Below are positions 25,588 through 38,744 of a stretch of DNA of 64,000 nt, piece by piece. The notes beneath the pieces are model-generated. The model searched no databases. It worked only from the letters and a program-made list of their open reading frames with translations, and had not been told where the DNA came from. How positions within the stretch are numbered: position 1 is the first letter of the stretch; each line of letters opens with the position of its first letter. Origin of the DNA: Stylophora pistillata (taxonomy: Eukaryota); assembly GCF_002571385.2 (NCBI RefSeq), contig NW_019217796.1:62001-126000 (forward strand), written 5' to 3'. A program made the position numbers and the translations under genes.

Positions 25588-26582
25588 TTTTTTTTCATTT
25601 TTTAGCTAAGCAAGAAGTGATTTCGAAAGAACCTTCTCAGTGGACGGAAATGGGGGCTGTTTTTTCCGCATTCTTTACCTTTAAAATGACTATCCGTGAG
25701 GGTAGTTGCCTTTAACCCTATTGCTGATGCTTTTGTAAGATACTTCACTGAGTTAAAGCAGACAAACAACGACAGCACTCTAAGGTTTACCTTGTTATTA
25801 ATTGTTTCATGCGAACCAGCCTTTAAAATATTAAGCTCTTCCCAAAGCCAGTTAGCCGGTAACACCGCCAGCAGATCTCTTCTGGACATCAGATTGGAAA
25901 TTGCGTCTATTTTTCCGTTCGTAATGCGCGAGAGATGACATGTATAGGTTAACACTCGGGAACTTCTTTGAGCCTGTGTACAGCTGCCCTTTTCCCTAAA
26001 AATGCTCCTTAAGGGTTTAGGGCGGGTTTTTAAAAGCTAAGGTTTCACGAAAGCGAAATCGTGAGAAAGAAAGCTAAGAGTAAAAACAAGAGCGTGAAAA
26101 GTTCTGCTGTGTCGGATAACCTGACCGTGCTTTATCTGAACCACTATCGAAAACCGTTATCTCCACGAATGAGGAATCGGAATAAAGCAAGTTATGGACA
26201 ACCACGAGTGTAAAAAGTCTTACTGTCTCGGATATATTAAACGACGGCACTTTTTCTAAACCACATTCAAAAACCGTTGCGAATGTTTGGATGATGCCTT
26301 CTGTTCGAACGGATAAAATAAAGAGGGATTCTCGAGGGCTCTTGCTGTCGGCAAAATGAAGTGCTGTATAAAAACCCTATGGCTTAACAATTGATAAAAT
26401 TGTCAGCCTTTTCAAATTGAAAACTTGTGGCACTAAATGACATAAATGTCTCACAGAGAGTCGTACATTTGTAAAGGTAAGAATTAGATGAAGCGCAGTG
26501 TTAATCTATGACTTTATACACTACAAATTTTGTACTGAACAGTCAGATGTGACATACCTATTTCTTGTCGAATGCCTCTCAT
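15800..26582 (-). CDS. FReD copy B: secreted fibrinogen C-terminal domain protein (ficolin/MFAP4/ryncolin-like), ~285 aa. Coding exons 26582-26558, 18525-18349, 18263-17883, 16074-15800
   Basis: All introns are GT..AG and phase 1. Exons of 25+177+381+275 nt give an open 286-codon frame. It reads MRGIRQEIGSVMLFLALYVTLQVKLSTLA (signal-like), then a short coiled coil LEEMTKEITQLRFEVNSL, then [83 protein letters not shown]. Exon 1 was chosen because it is homologous to the exon upstream of copy C. Confidence 0.9.
16791..17065 (+). mobile_element. tRNA-derived SINE with Nin/Deu-like central domain, in the last intron of FReD B
   Basis: Box A TAGCTCAGTTGG and box B GGTTCGAGTCC, then GGTCTTAAAATAGCTGAGGAG..GTCTTCCCAGATAAGGACGAATAAACCGTAGGCCCC. 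The 3' part matches 55395-55460. Confidence 0.75.
17488..17836. mobile_element. MITE in the last intron of FReD B
   Basis: TIR GAGAGATTTAGCACCG.GTTTACGTG / CACGTAAACGCGGTGCTAAATCTCTC. Confidence 0.8.
18655..18925 (+). repeat. Purine-rich array, left part in FReD B intron 1
   Basis: Same motif at the position homologous to the start of the copy A array. Confidence 0.8.
22279..24900 (+). repeat. Purine-rich array (2.6 kb), right part in FReD B intron 1
   Basis: GATGAAGGTA/AAATGAAGGT units; internal duplication 22700-22855 vs 22866-23010. Confidence 0.9.
25600..25945 (-). pseudogene. RecQ-like helicase fragment, probably an AcademH transposon relic
   Basis: AISNLMSRRDLLAVLP[4-nt insertion]TGFGKSLIF (Walker A), followed by ASAIGLKATTL..GK. 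Contains stops and frameshifts. Confidence 0.7.
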
Positions 26583-27415
26583 TGTAATTATTTGGATGTG
26601 ATTCTTTAGATGTATGTACCAGGCGTACACGATGTGAAAACAAAACGCAAAACTCTACAGAGAATACGGGGAAAGGCTTTTATAAAGAATGATAGGAATC
26701 TACCTACCGCTGAGTTTTTGATCACTTGACAGATGCGAGTGCCCCTCTCTGCACCATTGTCGTGTCTTCCCTTTAAATTCCATATTAAGAAATGTTTAAG
26801 AGAGTGAGCGGATGTAACGTCATTGAAAGATTTCGCAACGCAAACTTTAAAATACATTTTATGAGGCTACGATAAAAAAAAAAATATGCAGATTTAGATT
26901 TTGGGTTTTCTAACTTACCACCCAACGGAAAGTTCTGTCGGTTCGGGTTCCGAGATATCGGAGTAGCGCCCCATCCGAATTCTCTAAGTGAACGTTTAGG
27001 CAGGAAATGGTGACGTTTAATTCTAATTCATTGCTTTGATTGGGACTTCCGGAGCGACTAATCACACAACGTTTCCTTTTTAGAGGATTCGTTCCGTTGC
27101 CGCCATACCTATCTTGGTGACCTAACTTCACCATCCGACATCGTCAACAAATCGCCGATCGATCAATCAATCTATAGATCCGTCAATTTGAGGTTGAAGT
27201 GCTTGACGAAGTTACTTTACGGAGATATCTCCTGCTTCATAGGAATACTTGACTAAACAGTCCAGTAAAAGTAATGAAAACGAGGATTGTTGTAGGTGTA
27301 AGACTGTGAAAATATCGATTGCCAGTTTTTTAACAGGTAACATCAGCGACCAGTATTTTTTTTTTTCTAGCTTGTATTGCAGAAGTAGCAGGAAATCTAA
27401 TTACATTTCAACCTT

Positions 27416-27601
27416 CAGGGCCGTAGCTAGCTTGAGGCAAGACGAGGCAACTGCCTCGTCTTAATTTTGGCCTTTTTCAATTTTTTTCTTAAAGATTGAC
27501 TTTTCTGAAGAAAAATGCCAAGGAAAATCCTTAAAAGAGCATTTCTAACCTCTAGATTTCAAACTTGCCTCGTCTTGTCGTGAAATCTGGCTACAGCCCT
27601 G
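27416..27601. mobile_element. Small hAT-like MITE
   Basis: CAGGGCCGTAGCTAG / CTGGCTACAGCCCTG termini and internal TGCCTCGTC repeats; no clear TSD. Confidence 0.6.
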
Positions 27602-30600
27602 ACCCTGTACTTTGGAATAAGACACGTGAAAAGCATTAGTTATGTTTATTGTTTCCTTAGCTGTTTTAATTATAGCTTCAGAACCCTTGGTAATTTTGAT
27701 TCACCATTCACGTTGTAATTACGTTGAAGACGTACTAATCACCAGTAAAAGTGGAATTCTAAGCCTCTTTTGGGTTGTTCGATGTCCAGCCGGAGACCTT
27801 CTGTATAAAGAAATTAGCGACGGATTTCTATTTTTACGTTACCCAAGCGGGTGCTCAGTACTGAAAAAAAAAAAAACAAAACAAAACAAAACAAAAAGAA
27901 AAGAAACCAAAAAAACAAAAAACAAAACAAAACCTGATTTCCGCAGAGTATTTGGGTAATCATCGACCCGCGATATCTCAAAGTTCCACAAGCAATTAGG
28001 GAGTTTTTAAAAAATCATTCACTATTTCCTATGAAAATCAATTTGCATCAAGAAATTCCATCTGAAACATTTATTATTATAAACAGAGGTGATATAGCTG
28101 TTTCAGCCATTAACACTTTGAAAGAGTTTGATGGTACTGTCATCATCCTAACCCCTTTCATTTAACAATCACCCAGTGAATGCAGACCACACGTACAGAT
28201 TACCTCATTCTTTGATATTTTCCCAATCTCAGTTACCAATTATAACACAAGGAATCTTTGGTACAGCATGCTTCGGGATTTCTCAGAAAACTATGCGTTA
28301 GTACTCTAATGCCTTCACTGCCTCGTGACCAAACGGGAAACAACAGTTTCGCGCCATTAATGAAATCACACACGGAATTTCCAACTCTTTGATAAAAACA
28401 AACAAACAAACAAACAAACAAAAACATACGAAACAAAATGCTGACAATTTTCCAGGAACTCTTGCTCTAAGCTTCTTTACTAAATTTTAATCACTCCGCC
28501 GATCAATTCATTGCCTTACTCAAAGACGTAATGATGCCTACAACTGTTAAAATCATTAAATGAAATTATTCTAAAAAACGACATTTCTTGACCTTTCCTG
28601 CTCCGTGATGTCAAGTCTTTGTCGATCTCGTCATTTGCACGTGTCATCGTTTAGTTGTTTCGAAAGAAACCTCGTGTAATTCTTTGCTTTAATTGTGGAA
28701 GACAGTTACCTTGTAGTTGTAATTTGCTATACTCGAAAAGTTATCACTTGCTTAAACAATCAATCGATCAATCAGTAAGTCAGTCATTCTGTGCGTCAGT
28801 TAGTCAGCTGTAAATCATGCAAGTTTTTATCCAAAGAGTGTGGTGGGTTTACGATTTATATCTGAGCCAGGGGTCCACGATGACAAAATATTGATAACGA
28901 AAAATCTCATTGTCACTCCACGGTGTATATGAGAGTCCATACCTTCATCTTTTTCACCATTTATATCTGATGGAATATCAGATATCTTTACCTTCTTTTT
29001 TTTTTTTTTTTTCTTACAGAGGAGGTAAACATTCCTAAGACGCCTGCTTTAAACTTTTGAGAGCTGTTCAAGTTGTTTTTTCCGCTTTCGAAAGTCTGGA
29101 AGACTGTATCTGACCAAATATCAGCTATTAATAAACATCTCGAAACCACCGGATACAGTAAGCGTCAACATTTTGCCGTCGAAAAAAAACCATTATCATT
29201 GTAAAAATAAAGAAACGTTGTGCATTGGAAAACAAAGCCAGCTTTCGAAGCCAAATCAATCAGTGAGAAGCCGATGCTTTACTTAGTCAGTCGTGTATTC
29301 TATCTGTCTGTCTGTCGGTTAGTCAATCGATCTATCGAGTTTTGTTTTTGTTTTTTTTTGTTTTTTGTTTTTTTTTTTTTCCTACGCATGCGATTATCTT
29401 CTTCTCATGATATGCGAGCCAGAGTTCCGAGTAAGGAGCGTGTGAAAGAAAATTGGAAATGAAGAATTATTTTTACCTCCACTGCGTAAAGGAGGTCACA
29501 TACAGTTCAACCCGACTGTAATTTCAAAACAGCCACTACGGGTGTTAATGATGGGTTGGCCGTTAAACACAGGTTCAACAGAACAGGTGGGTTAAAACAA
29601 CTATATCAAAAGCCAAATTCTGACATAATTGACCGCTTTATGTACACTTATGTACAAATTGGTTTCAGAAATACAACTAAACTTGTTTCGGGAGATAAAA
29701 ATGGGATAAAATGTACTCGAAACATTATTCCTAGTTTTCATCGAGTAGATCCGATTAAAGTGACCTTTTAACACAGGAGAAAGGCAGAAAAAGGGTGACC
29801 CCAACAGTTTAAAACAGGGTGACTGCTAGTACAGGTTCTACTGTATGTGCATTATACTCAGTATCACTGCAGTCTGCAAGGAAATTTTATTCATTCCCAA
29901 ATCGCCACAATGAGCCCTGTAAATCGGTATCACTGATTAAAAAATTTCTTTCATGGTCCAAAATTGTCAGATCTCATTTCGAAATTGGCGAACGCTTTCT
30001 CTTTCCATCTTTTTTAATTTGGAACTGAGAGAAATCTAGACAGCTATTAAAAAAGCCTAACCTTACCTGAGGAGGAGCGGGGTGTTTCAAAACAAATGAC
30101 GTAGGAGGTAGGAGGCTAAAAACGGCTCCGGCATTCATCTCAAGGGAATGTACGTCGTGAGGATAAACGAGAATATTACTTCAAGTTGAATAATCTCAGC
30201 CCTTTTTTTTATAGAACCCTGCTGCAGTTTTTCTTCTGCAGACCGGTAAATGTTCGAAAGATTTATGTAAAAACTCATCTCGCAAAATTTATAACATGTG
30301 TTCTTTTTTTTTTTTCTTTTTTTCGATTACATGTACCCATTAAAATTGACTCATCTGTCATTCATAATATATCACCACACAATGCATTGATGGTTTTGGA
30401 CCCAACTTTATTTGAGGGTCATAAGTCACAGCCTACTTAGCTATCTTCTTAGGCAAAAAAAAAAGAACTCAATAACTAACTAGTTGAGTTATTTTTCAAA
30501 GCCACTGTTTCAAAAATGCAGGTCCTTGATGTAGGTAAACCGACCCATACTTCGAGTTTGCTGTATCAGCTGGTGCAATGATTGCTCGAAGCGTCTCTTG

Positions 30601-32034
30601 AGATCCAAGATACGCAGAAATGGTTTTATTTCCAGAGGTGAACTTCTTTGGACCGCTGCCGGGAAAAGACGAGTGCGAATATGAGAACGTGCTACTTGGT
30701 TCGAAGTCTTATTACTAGCATTAGTAACTAACAAGGCACTGTAGCCTCTGGGAAATAAGTAGTTTAAATATAAAGCTGTTGAACGTTGGCTAGTACATAC
30801 ATTTCACCGAAAGTTGTCGTTTTCCAGGTTTGCCCTTATAAAACTTTATTTAGATCAACAAATATTCAAACACTGCACTTTCCTCTGTGGCAGATCTGCA
30901 GAGATGGGCTATGCCCTTTGCAGATCTTTCGCTCTTTTTGTCCTAAAATGCGCTTTATCCACCTAAACAATAGTCTACCAAATAAAGATATAAACTCAGT
31001 AAGGATCGGGATTAAAAAATATTTTGTTGCTGTTTCCTTTATGTAACACTCGACCTTAGTTCCTGTTGCCACGTGCTTCACAGTCCAATGTTGTATATTT
31101 GTGGAGTTGTCGATTTCAGTGGCCATAATTTTGAATTTGAACTAGCAACATTCGGCTTACATTTGGTTCATGGTTCGGTTTTAGACTTATATTTAAACAA
31201 ATATCTCTTACGTAAAGTATTTCAACGAGTTGGGAATAGAGAACCCTGAGATACACTTTGTAAACAATCATCATCAGGAGATGTTGACTATCCTGCCAAG
31301 TTATATCGCTATTATGGGAGCAATGCAACAATTTTAGAACTGCAATCCCCCTTTTTGATACAGAAATATGGACAGTAAGATGATATTATGTTAAATAAGC
31401 TGTAAACTGGATGTAAAATGCGAAACAATTTAGTTTGCGTGTGAATGTATACATTTTTGACTAACAGACGGCACCGTCAAATCAGCTCATTTTCTACAAC
31501 TTTAATATTTGATTAAATCGTACTGAATCATTTCCCCAAAAAGTCCTTTGGAGATCAAAAAGAACTACAATTCGTCTTCCAAAAGCCAGATTCTTAGTCG
31601 ATTATTTTATTTAGCACACAGTTAATTGACGGGTTACTTTTGGCCAATTTTTAGTGGAGCTCCCACGCGCGCGAAGGGCAGAGCCCCATACCCATGGAAT
31701 ATGGTCAACCTCTTTTCGTTTGGTTGTCACGTGACTGACCGAGCGTACGTACGTACGTACGTGCCTAAGGGAGGGGTGACTCAGGCGAGTCTTGGCAAAT
31801 GCACGTCTTTTATGTCATCATTAATTTTACGAACTTGGGAGCTCCGCTTTTAGGCTTGGCTAAAGCTATATATTAATCTTGTTAGGAAAAGGTCGGATAA
31901 ATTCAATGAGATTGTGTAAATAGACAAGTAAGAATTTCTCAAATTGCTGTCATTCTCGGTAAAATCAAAACGTTAAGCTCCTTAAAAATCCTTAAGTTCC
32001 ACGATTTGTCACCAAAGGGGGTTTGTATGTCGAC

Positions 32035-32071
<37 letters not shown>

Positions 32072-32879
32072 GATTATTATTATTATTATCGCAGATGTGT
32101 ATTCTCTGGTAAATAAAGCAGCATCATATGTACTTTAGTCGGACCTTATGCTGAGTACGAGGGAAGCGGTTTAACAGATAATTCGATAATTGATCGAAGC
32201 ACCCGGCATTAAGTAGAGTCCTATCAGCTTTGATAGAACCGTACCAAAAGAATTTCTCCAAAGAGTTTCAGTTTCTTTTAGTTTCTTCTTTCTTACAATA
32301 CTCGGCAATCAATAAGTAGTAGAATATGACTCTTGGCTGTTTTGAAATCAACTTGCATATTATGTTCAAACTTACTGAAACACTGAGTATTGATCCTAAC
32401 GATTACTTTTTTAGCTGTAGAACTCTTTATAAAATATTGTGTCAGTGTGCAGAATTATTTAATATTACATGCGTGATCCCAGTTCCGTTCGTGTTTTATA
32501 TACATTATAATGACTACTACAATGTGACAGGAACTGAGGTATCCCTTCTATACGATGCTCTATCATGCTACTGAGGTATAGCTGTCATCAGTTATCAGTA
32601 CACATAAAACATATGTTTTCCTTATCTCTCTTATTCCAATCTTCACGAACTATCTTAATCGTTCTCGTATTGTGGCTCTTAAATCTACACGGAAGTAAGC
32701 CTTATTATGTCATTTCAGATATAGAAAGATTAACGTATTCTATGATTGACGACAAAATCTTAGTGCTGTCTCTAGTGATAACGAAAGGGCTTGACTATTA
32801 TGACATAAGAATAAAACATGATATGCGCACGCACTCAGCGGTAGGTAGAGTCCTCGAAGTCTATATAAGAACTTGCCAC

Positions 32880-33420
32880 TAAAGTCGCCTTCAATAAAGC
32901 AGTTTTTTTTAGCACCGGGGTGCGACCATTCAAAGAATTGCATCAAAAGATTACAGTGAGAGACACTCGACAAGGAATAGGTATGTAACGTCTGGCTGCC
33001 TGGTATACAATGTGCAGTGTTTCATTAGAGACTCAGTGCATACATCTAATTTATATATACGTTTTCAAATATAAAACTTTCCGTGAAACACTTATGTCAT
33101 TTAATGCTACAGCTTTTCAACTCTGAGTAACTTAGAGTTGTTCCCACTCTTAGTCCATAGAGTCTGCACGCAACACTCAGTATTTTTGCAAACAGCAAGA
33201 ACTCTCGAGAATTCCCGCATGTGTCATCGTTTGCAAGGGACAGAAGTCGAACTCTGAACGTTTCGGAACGCTTTTCAGCGGTAGTTTAGAAAAATGAACC
33301 GTCAGATTTGACCTTCTAAGCTAGTAGTAACCTATAACTTTCTTTTCTACGTAGTGTTCTGTGCAATTCGATTTCCAAACTCGAACGGCGTTGTCAATTG
33401 TCTGATTGAAAAGATTAATT
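32880..33420 (+). pseudogene. Orphan FReD first exon (32956-32980, ATG>GTG) plus intron-1 start
   Basis: GTGAGAGACACTCGACAAGGAATAG|GTATGT is a 25-nt phase-1 homolog of B exon 1. The following ~400 bp align with 48936-49340 and with the reverse complement of 26280-26557. Confidence 0.75.
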
Positions 33421-34404
33421 AGTTCAGAGACATTTATTGGCGGTGCACTTTAGTTTTATCGATAATTTATTCCATACGAAGTTCTAAGTAAAAGGGACAA
33501 CAGTAGTCCGAACTGCTCCCTACTCAGGAAGCAATCTTATGCAATACTTAACAAGTCGCCAAATTCAGGCTTTTTCCCACCAGTTTTCTAAAATACCACC
33601 TTATCAGAATATATCTTTAGCGAACCAACTGGAGTAGAGCAGCTTGTTGCACTATTTGTTGCTAACTGATCAAATAGGTATTTCAAACTATGTAGATTTA
33701 CGTCCTAGCTTTCAGCACTGAAGCAGATAATTTTACAATGCGAAGATGAAACTAGGCTTCTTCAAGATTAACTTATTAATTTTTTTTTTTCAAATCAACC
33801 AATGCTCATGTGCATTTCGTTACCTTTCTTTTCATTGTTTCAGTGGCGTGCAACTTATGTTTCTTGAACCAATCTTTGCCATACGCGATTCAGTAAAAAA
33901 TTCAAGAGTCCATTTTAATAGTTATTCCCTTTACTGTCTTGATTTAATTCAATCAGTCTGATTTGATTGAGATTCAATTTCGTCGAGAAAACTAATACTC
34001 ATGGTAAAATGCCAAATCCACAGACTAAGGACTTGAACCGTAGCCAGAGTTTTCCAGCTTCCACTTTAACTCACCTGCATGAGATGTGGTAATAAGCTTC
34101 TTTGAACTTTCGCTTAAATATCAAAAACTTTTCACCTAAGTTAGGGTTTTATTTTACCTTTGAAATTCTTGGTTTTATGGAAAATTTCCCCTCGTAGTGT
34201 ATTTACTATACCAGAAAGCGGATGAAATTCTATTGAAAGCGAGGTGTTGAGTAATTGACATAAGACCTCACTACCGACAACTGCATCGCAAAGTACGTTC
34301 TACTCACGAAATATTTCGTGGTATCACTTGTTAAGTTTTTCAAGTTCACTCAATTTCATTGAACACAAAGGGTTGCTAGACAATCCAAATTAATGTCTAG
34401 GAAA

Positions 34405-35192
34405 TCACAGGCGGCCCAAGCGTACTGTGTGTGATTTGGGGATCTTACGTTCATTAAAGGCAATACCTAACATATTAAGATCGAATTTTAAGCGTAAGCT
34501 TGGGCCGTTAAAAAAAGAAAAAGAAAAAGAAAAATCAGAAAGAAAATTAGAAAAAAATTAATAGGATAATAAAAGCGAGGAATATAACGTGTGAAGTCTC
34601 CTTACCTTTTTTTCGGTAGACGCTTTGATGCCAACGGTCGTTTTAACGCTGGTTTGGCGACTTTCTTTGTAAAGCGTGCGGTGTCACTTTATGATTAAAG
34701 AAAGCGTTTGGTGCTAGTGGGCAGTTGACTGGTAACACCGCACGCTTTACAAAGAAATTCGCCAAAACAGCGTGAAAAGGACCGTAAACGGCAAAGCAGC
34801 TACGGAAAATAGGTAAGGATACTTCATACGATATATTCCTCGCTTTTATTGTCGTTTTTAATTGTTCCTTTTTCTTTTTTTTAATAATTTTTCCTTTTAT
34901 ACAGTTAACTGGTAATACCGCACGCGTTACATAGAAAATCGCCAAAACAGCGTAAAAACGGCCTTTGGCAACAAAGCTGCAACAGAAGGGTAAGGAGGGT
35001 AAGGAGACTTTACACGTTTTCTTCCTCGCTTTTATCATCCTTTTTAATTTTTTCTGAACCTTTTTCACAATTTTTCCTTTTTTAACGGCCCCCGCTTACG
35101 CTTAAAATTCGATCTCAATATGTTAGGTATTGTCGTTGATTAACTAGCTTTAGACCCCAAAATCACACATGGCACGGCTGGGTCGCCTATGA
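34405..35192. mobile_element. Foldback-type palindromic element (~790 bp)
   Basis: The arms are inverted along almost the whole length (e.g. AATACCTAACATATTAAGATCGAATTTTAAGCGTAAGC / GCTTACGCTTAAAATTCGATCTCAATATGTTAGGTATT). Flanked by a GGAAA direct repeat. Confidence 0.75.
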
Positions 35193-35806
35193 GGAAACTT
35201 AATACAATTCTCGAGCTTTCTTGAGCAAGAGACTTTTATGTGAATTTAACACACCCAAATCTTCATTCGCCAAGTGTGTCGACACAATCTGTAACATTTT
35301 AACGTCTAACCAATTTGCTTTAGGAGCATGAACATGTCAAGTTTTGACAATTTATCTCGCCGTATGTTTCGGCACTCTAGTAAAACACAGATTTCTTAAC
35401 ACATTGAATGCTTTTCGTCTGTCATTCCACTTTTTGCGCGTTTCAAGGGTAGAAACACAGGGGGGCTGTAAAAACTTGACATGTTCGTGTTCGAACTTTA
35501 ATTGGTTTGATTAAAAACGCGACGGTTTGTCGCTTTGTATCATATTTTGTGTTTTTCTCTTGTCCTTAACAGATATATTACATTTCGCGTTGTCACATAA
35601 TGCGTTAGAAAAGTTATTACATTTTGTGTTGAAAAGTTATATTTTGTGTCGAGTAATTTATTACATATGCGTCGATGTTACTACATTTTTTCTTAGTATT
35701 ACATTTTGAGGCGTTTGCTATTACATTTTGCGGCAATTATTGCAATTTACCTTCATTAACTCATTTGATAACAAAAAAAATTGTCTCCTCATATCAAGTC
35801 GCACTG

Positions 35807-37246
35807 GGCATAAGATAAAATATAGACTGGACTGGACTCTTTTTTGGACCATTTTTGGACCATTTCTTGGACCTTTTTGTGGGGAAGCACACTATTAGTA
35901 CTCAGGGAGTGGTGGGTGCAGCAAATAACTACTCAGGGTGGGTGGGAGGTGGTTGCAATTGTAAACACCACTGGTTAATGGAGCGTTTACTCGATCGTGC
36001 AAATTATTTTGATCGGTTTTTCGATCGGTTTTTTTTTGCGCTTGGCCGCGGCGTTTCTTTAATTTTTTGGTCATGCGAAAGCGAAACGGCCACGTAAACA
36101 CTGGACTTTAATTTTTATTGAAAATATCGCATTTACGATCCTCCACTGTTGAGTTGCCAGTCTGGCAAAGGTTATGCGTGTGCCTTTTGAGGCGACTTTT
36201 GCACCATCAGTTTTCCTTTGTGTATACAGTATGTAATAAGCAGATTTATCTATCTTCCTTTGTCACTGATGTTATCAGACGAGATCACGGAATTTCTGGT
36301 CCTTAGCCCTTGAATTAGCCGCATATAGAGTTCGCAAGCGCTATCGCAATTTTAACGTTTATACGTTTCTTATAAAAAATCATTGTTGGTACAGTCGTAC
36401 AAAACAACCTTCGCTCGGGTGTCTCGAAAACACTGACAGACCTCGAAAACGCAGACCGCAGACCGCAGGCCGCAGACCTCGAAAACGCAGACCTCTAAAA
36501 CGCAGACCTCAAAAACGCAAAGCTCACGACAAGACGAAAAATGCGTGCACTGTAACTACCTCCCGTTGTCCCCTACAAAGCCTTAGAAAAGTTTCTAAGG
36601 CTTTGTATGGGACAACGGGAGGTACTTACAGCGCACGCTTTTTCCGTCCTGTCATGCGACAAATATGTTTTCGACATTTCGAAGAGAACATTAGTTCACG
36701 AGCAGACGTCCAACGTTGAGCGCAGGACAAACCATATATGGCTACGGAAATAGACATTCGCGTTGTACCACATTCCTAGAATGTAAAAATTCAAGTACCT
36801 AGGCGATATCAATCACTGCCTTGACAAAAAGCGGTAAAGAATGTTGAACAGCTTCGCCGGTTTGTATTCTATTGAGGCAAAGCAATAATTCGAGGAGATC
36901 TAAACCTGAACATCAAGACCGAATGGCAGGAAATCAAAACACTCGTATTCCATCATTAAAGCAACCGGTTGAAGACCGATTAAAATAATTTGTACGATCG
37001 AGTTAAAGCTCCATTAACCAGTAGTGTTTACAATTACAAACACCTCCCGCCCCTCCCTGAGTAGTCGGCCTCTCACCCCTCCTTCAGTACTTATAGACTG
37101 CGTCCACCCCTCCCTGAGTACTAATGGTGTGCTTCCCTCCTTATAAAATGGTCCAAAACATGGTCTAAACAAGGTTAAAAAATGGTCCAAAAAATGGTCC
37201 AAAAAATGGTCCAAAAAATAGTCCAGTCCATATTTTACCCTATGCC
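35807..37246. mobile_element. Non-autonomous Mutator-like element (MULE), 1440 bp
   Basis: Long imperfect TIRs of ~190-240 bp (GGCATAAGATAAAATATAGACTGGACT.. / ..AGTCCAGTCCATATTTTACCCTATGCC) and a perfect 9-bp TSD GTCGCACTG (35798-806, 37247-255). Confidence 0.88.
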
Positions 37247-37931
37247 GTCGCACTGGAGGAATTCAGATAGATATCAGATATCTCCATTACGAATTCATGA
37301 TAATCCTTTTATCCTAATATCAATTACGTTTGTCAAATTCAGGTTCTTTTTTCTTTTCAAATTTTTTTTTCTTCTTTCTTTTGTTTTCTAGACTGAGGGA
37401 TTGATCTAGAGCTATTTGCAATGAATGGAACTTCCCTGTTACGCCACAAAAGGTAATAATCGCCGCAGAATGCGATACTGATGCAAGTTACAAGACGAAA
37501 AAGCTGTCAATGTGTTTAAAAATCTGTGTTATACTGAAGTGCCGAAACATAGCAATTACCTAACACTTCGCTTTCAATCAAATTTGCTTACCCGCCAAAA
37601 TGGCGTGATAAACAGTAACAATCTATATTCTCACACCTAAACAGTATACGTATTATGAAAACGATGGGAGCAGAATGAAATTTGCGTGTTATTCTCATGA
37701 AAAAGAGAAGACGAGAGTCCTCACAGTAATTGAATTGAAAAACACTTCAACAGTAATTTACAAGCGAGGAAATCCTATTTTGTAAACAATTTGTAGACTG
37801 TAAAGAAACTTGCGTAGACACCGAGCGTTGATCCTAAAGATTACTTTATCAACTGTAGACCATTTTAAGAAACATTTTTTTCAGATACAATGAATATATG
37901 AAGTCCATATATTTTGAACTGCGGTATTAAA

Positions 37932-38125
37932 TACGTATGATGCACGATCCTTCGCAGTAGATGGCGTTATTTATGCAATAGCGAAAAACAGACCTGAAAA
38001 AAATCAGGCCTGTACGGACAGAGGCCAGTGATTCGAATCTCGTACAGGCCTAATTTTTTTCAGGTCTGATTTTCGCTATTGCATAAATAGCGCTATCTAC
38101 TGCGAAGGATCGTGCATCTTACGTA
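37932..38125. repeat. Palindromic (hairpin) derivative of the same tRNA-related repeat
   Basis: ~85-bp inverted arms around a ~24-nt spacer. Confidence 0.8.
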
Positions 38126-38744
38126 AACATTGTTTCATTGGAGTTATTGAGTATTACGTTAGTTTCCCGCAATGAACTTTCTAGATTTCCGTTCTTGTTA
38201 ATACGCAATTAATACTACAATGTGACTTAAACTGAGAAATCAGAGAAATCGATTATGAAATGGTGGCGGGACATGCGCCATGTGAAAGATTTGCGGACTT
38301 CAAATTTGGTTTCCGTACCAAGCTTTATGTGAGAAATGAATAAAACGCGGCTATATGTGTAAAGATAAAGTGGATAGTCAAAATGCTCCCGTCTAAATAG
38401 TTAAAAGACAACGTAAGCAACACTCACAAGAATTCCTACGATCCCCCGATGTACCTAAATTCGGCCCCGGACGGTTATTTATTTATTTATTTTTTTTTTT
38501 ACTTCTTATGGCCTCTTTAATGCTTTAAAGCCGACTGTGTTTACCATTATCCTTGTCTCACCACGCCGATGTAAGGTAGTGTTTTCAAACTGCCCACGTC
38601 AGAACGTCGTCTAATGCCCACGTCAGATCTAGAACGTCTTCTACGATGATCTATCATCCATTTGAGACCTATTTCAAGGCACAGAGAGCCGTTTATGTTC
38701 GGCCGAAATAGCTGAAAAAATCCCGTATTTCATGTGTTTCCAGG

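Noticed and set aside
30510-31331. Decayed coding-like region (also 55861-56571, 57380-57650, 60942-61350, 6468-7421)
   Set aside because: No recognisable motif in any frame; needs BLASTx.
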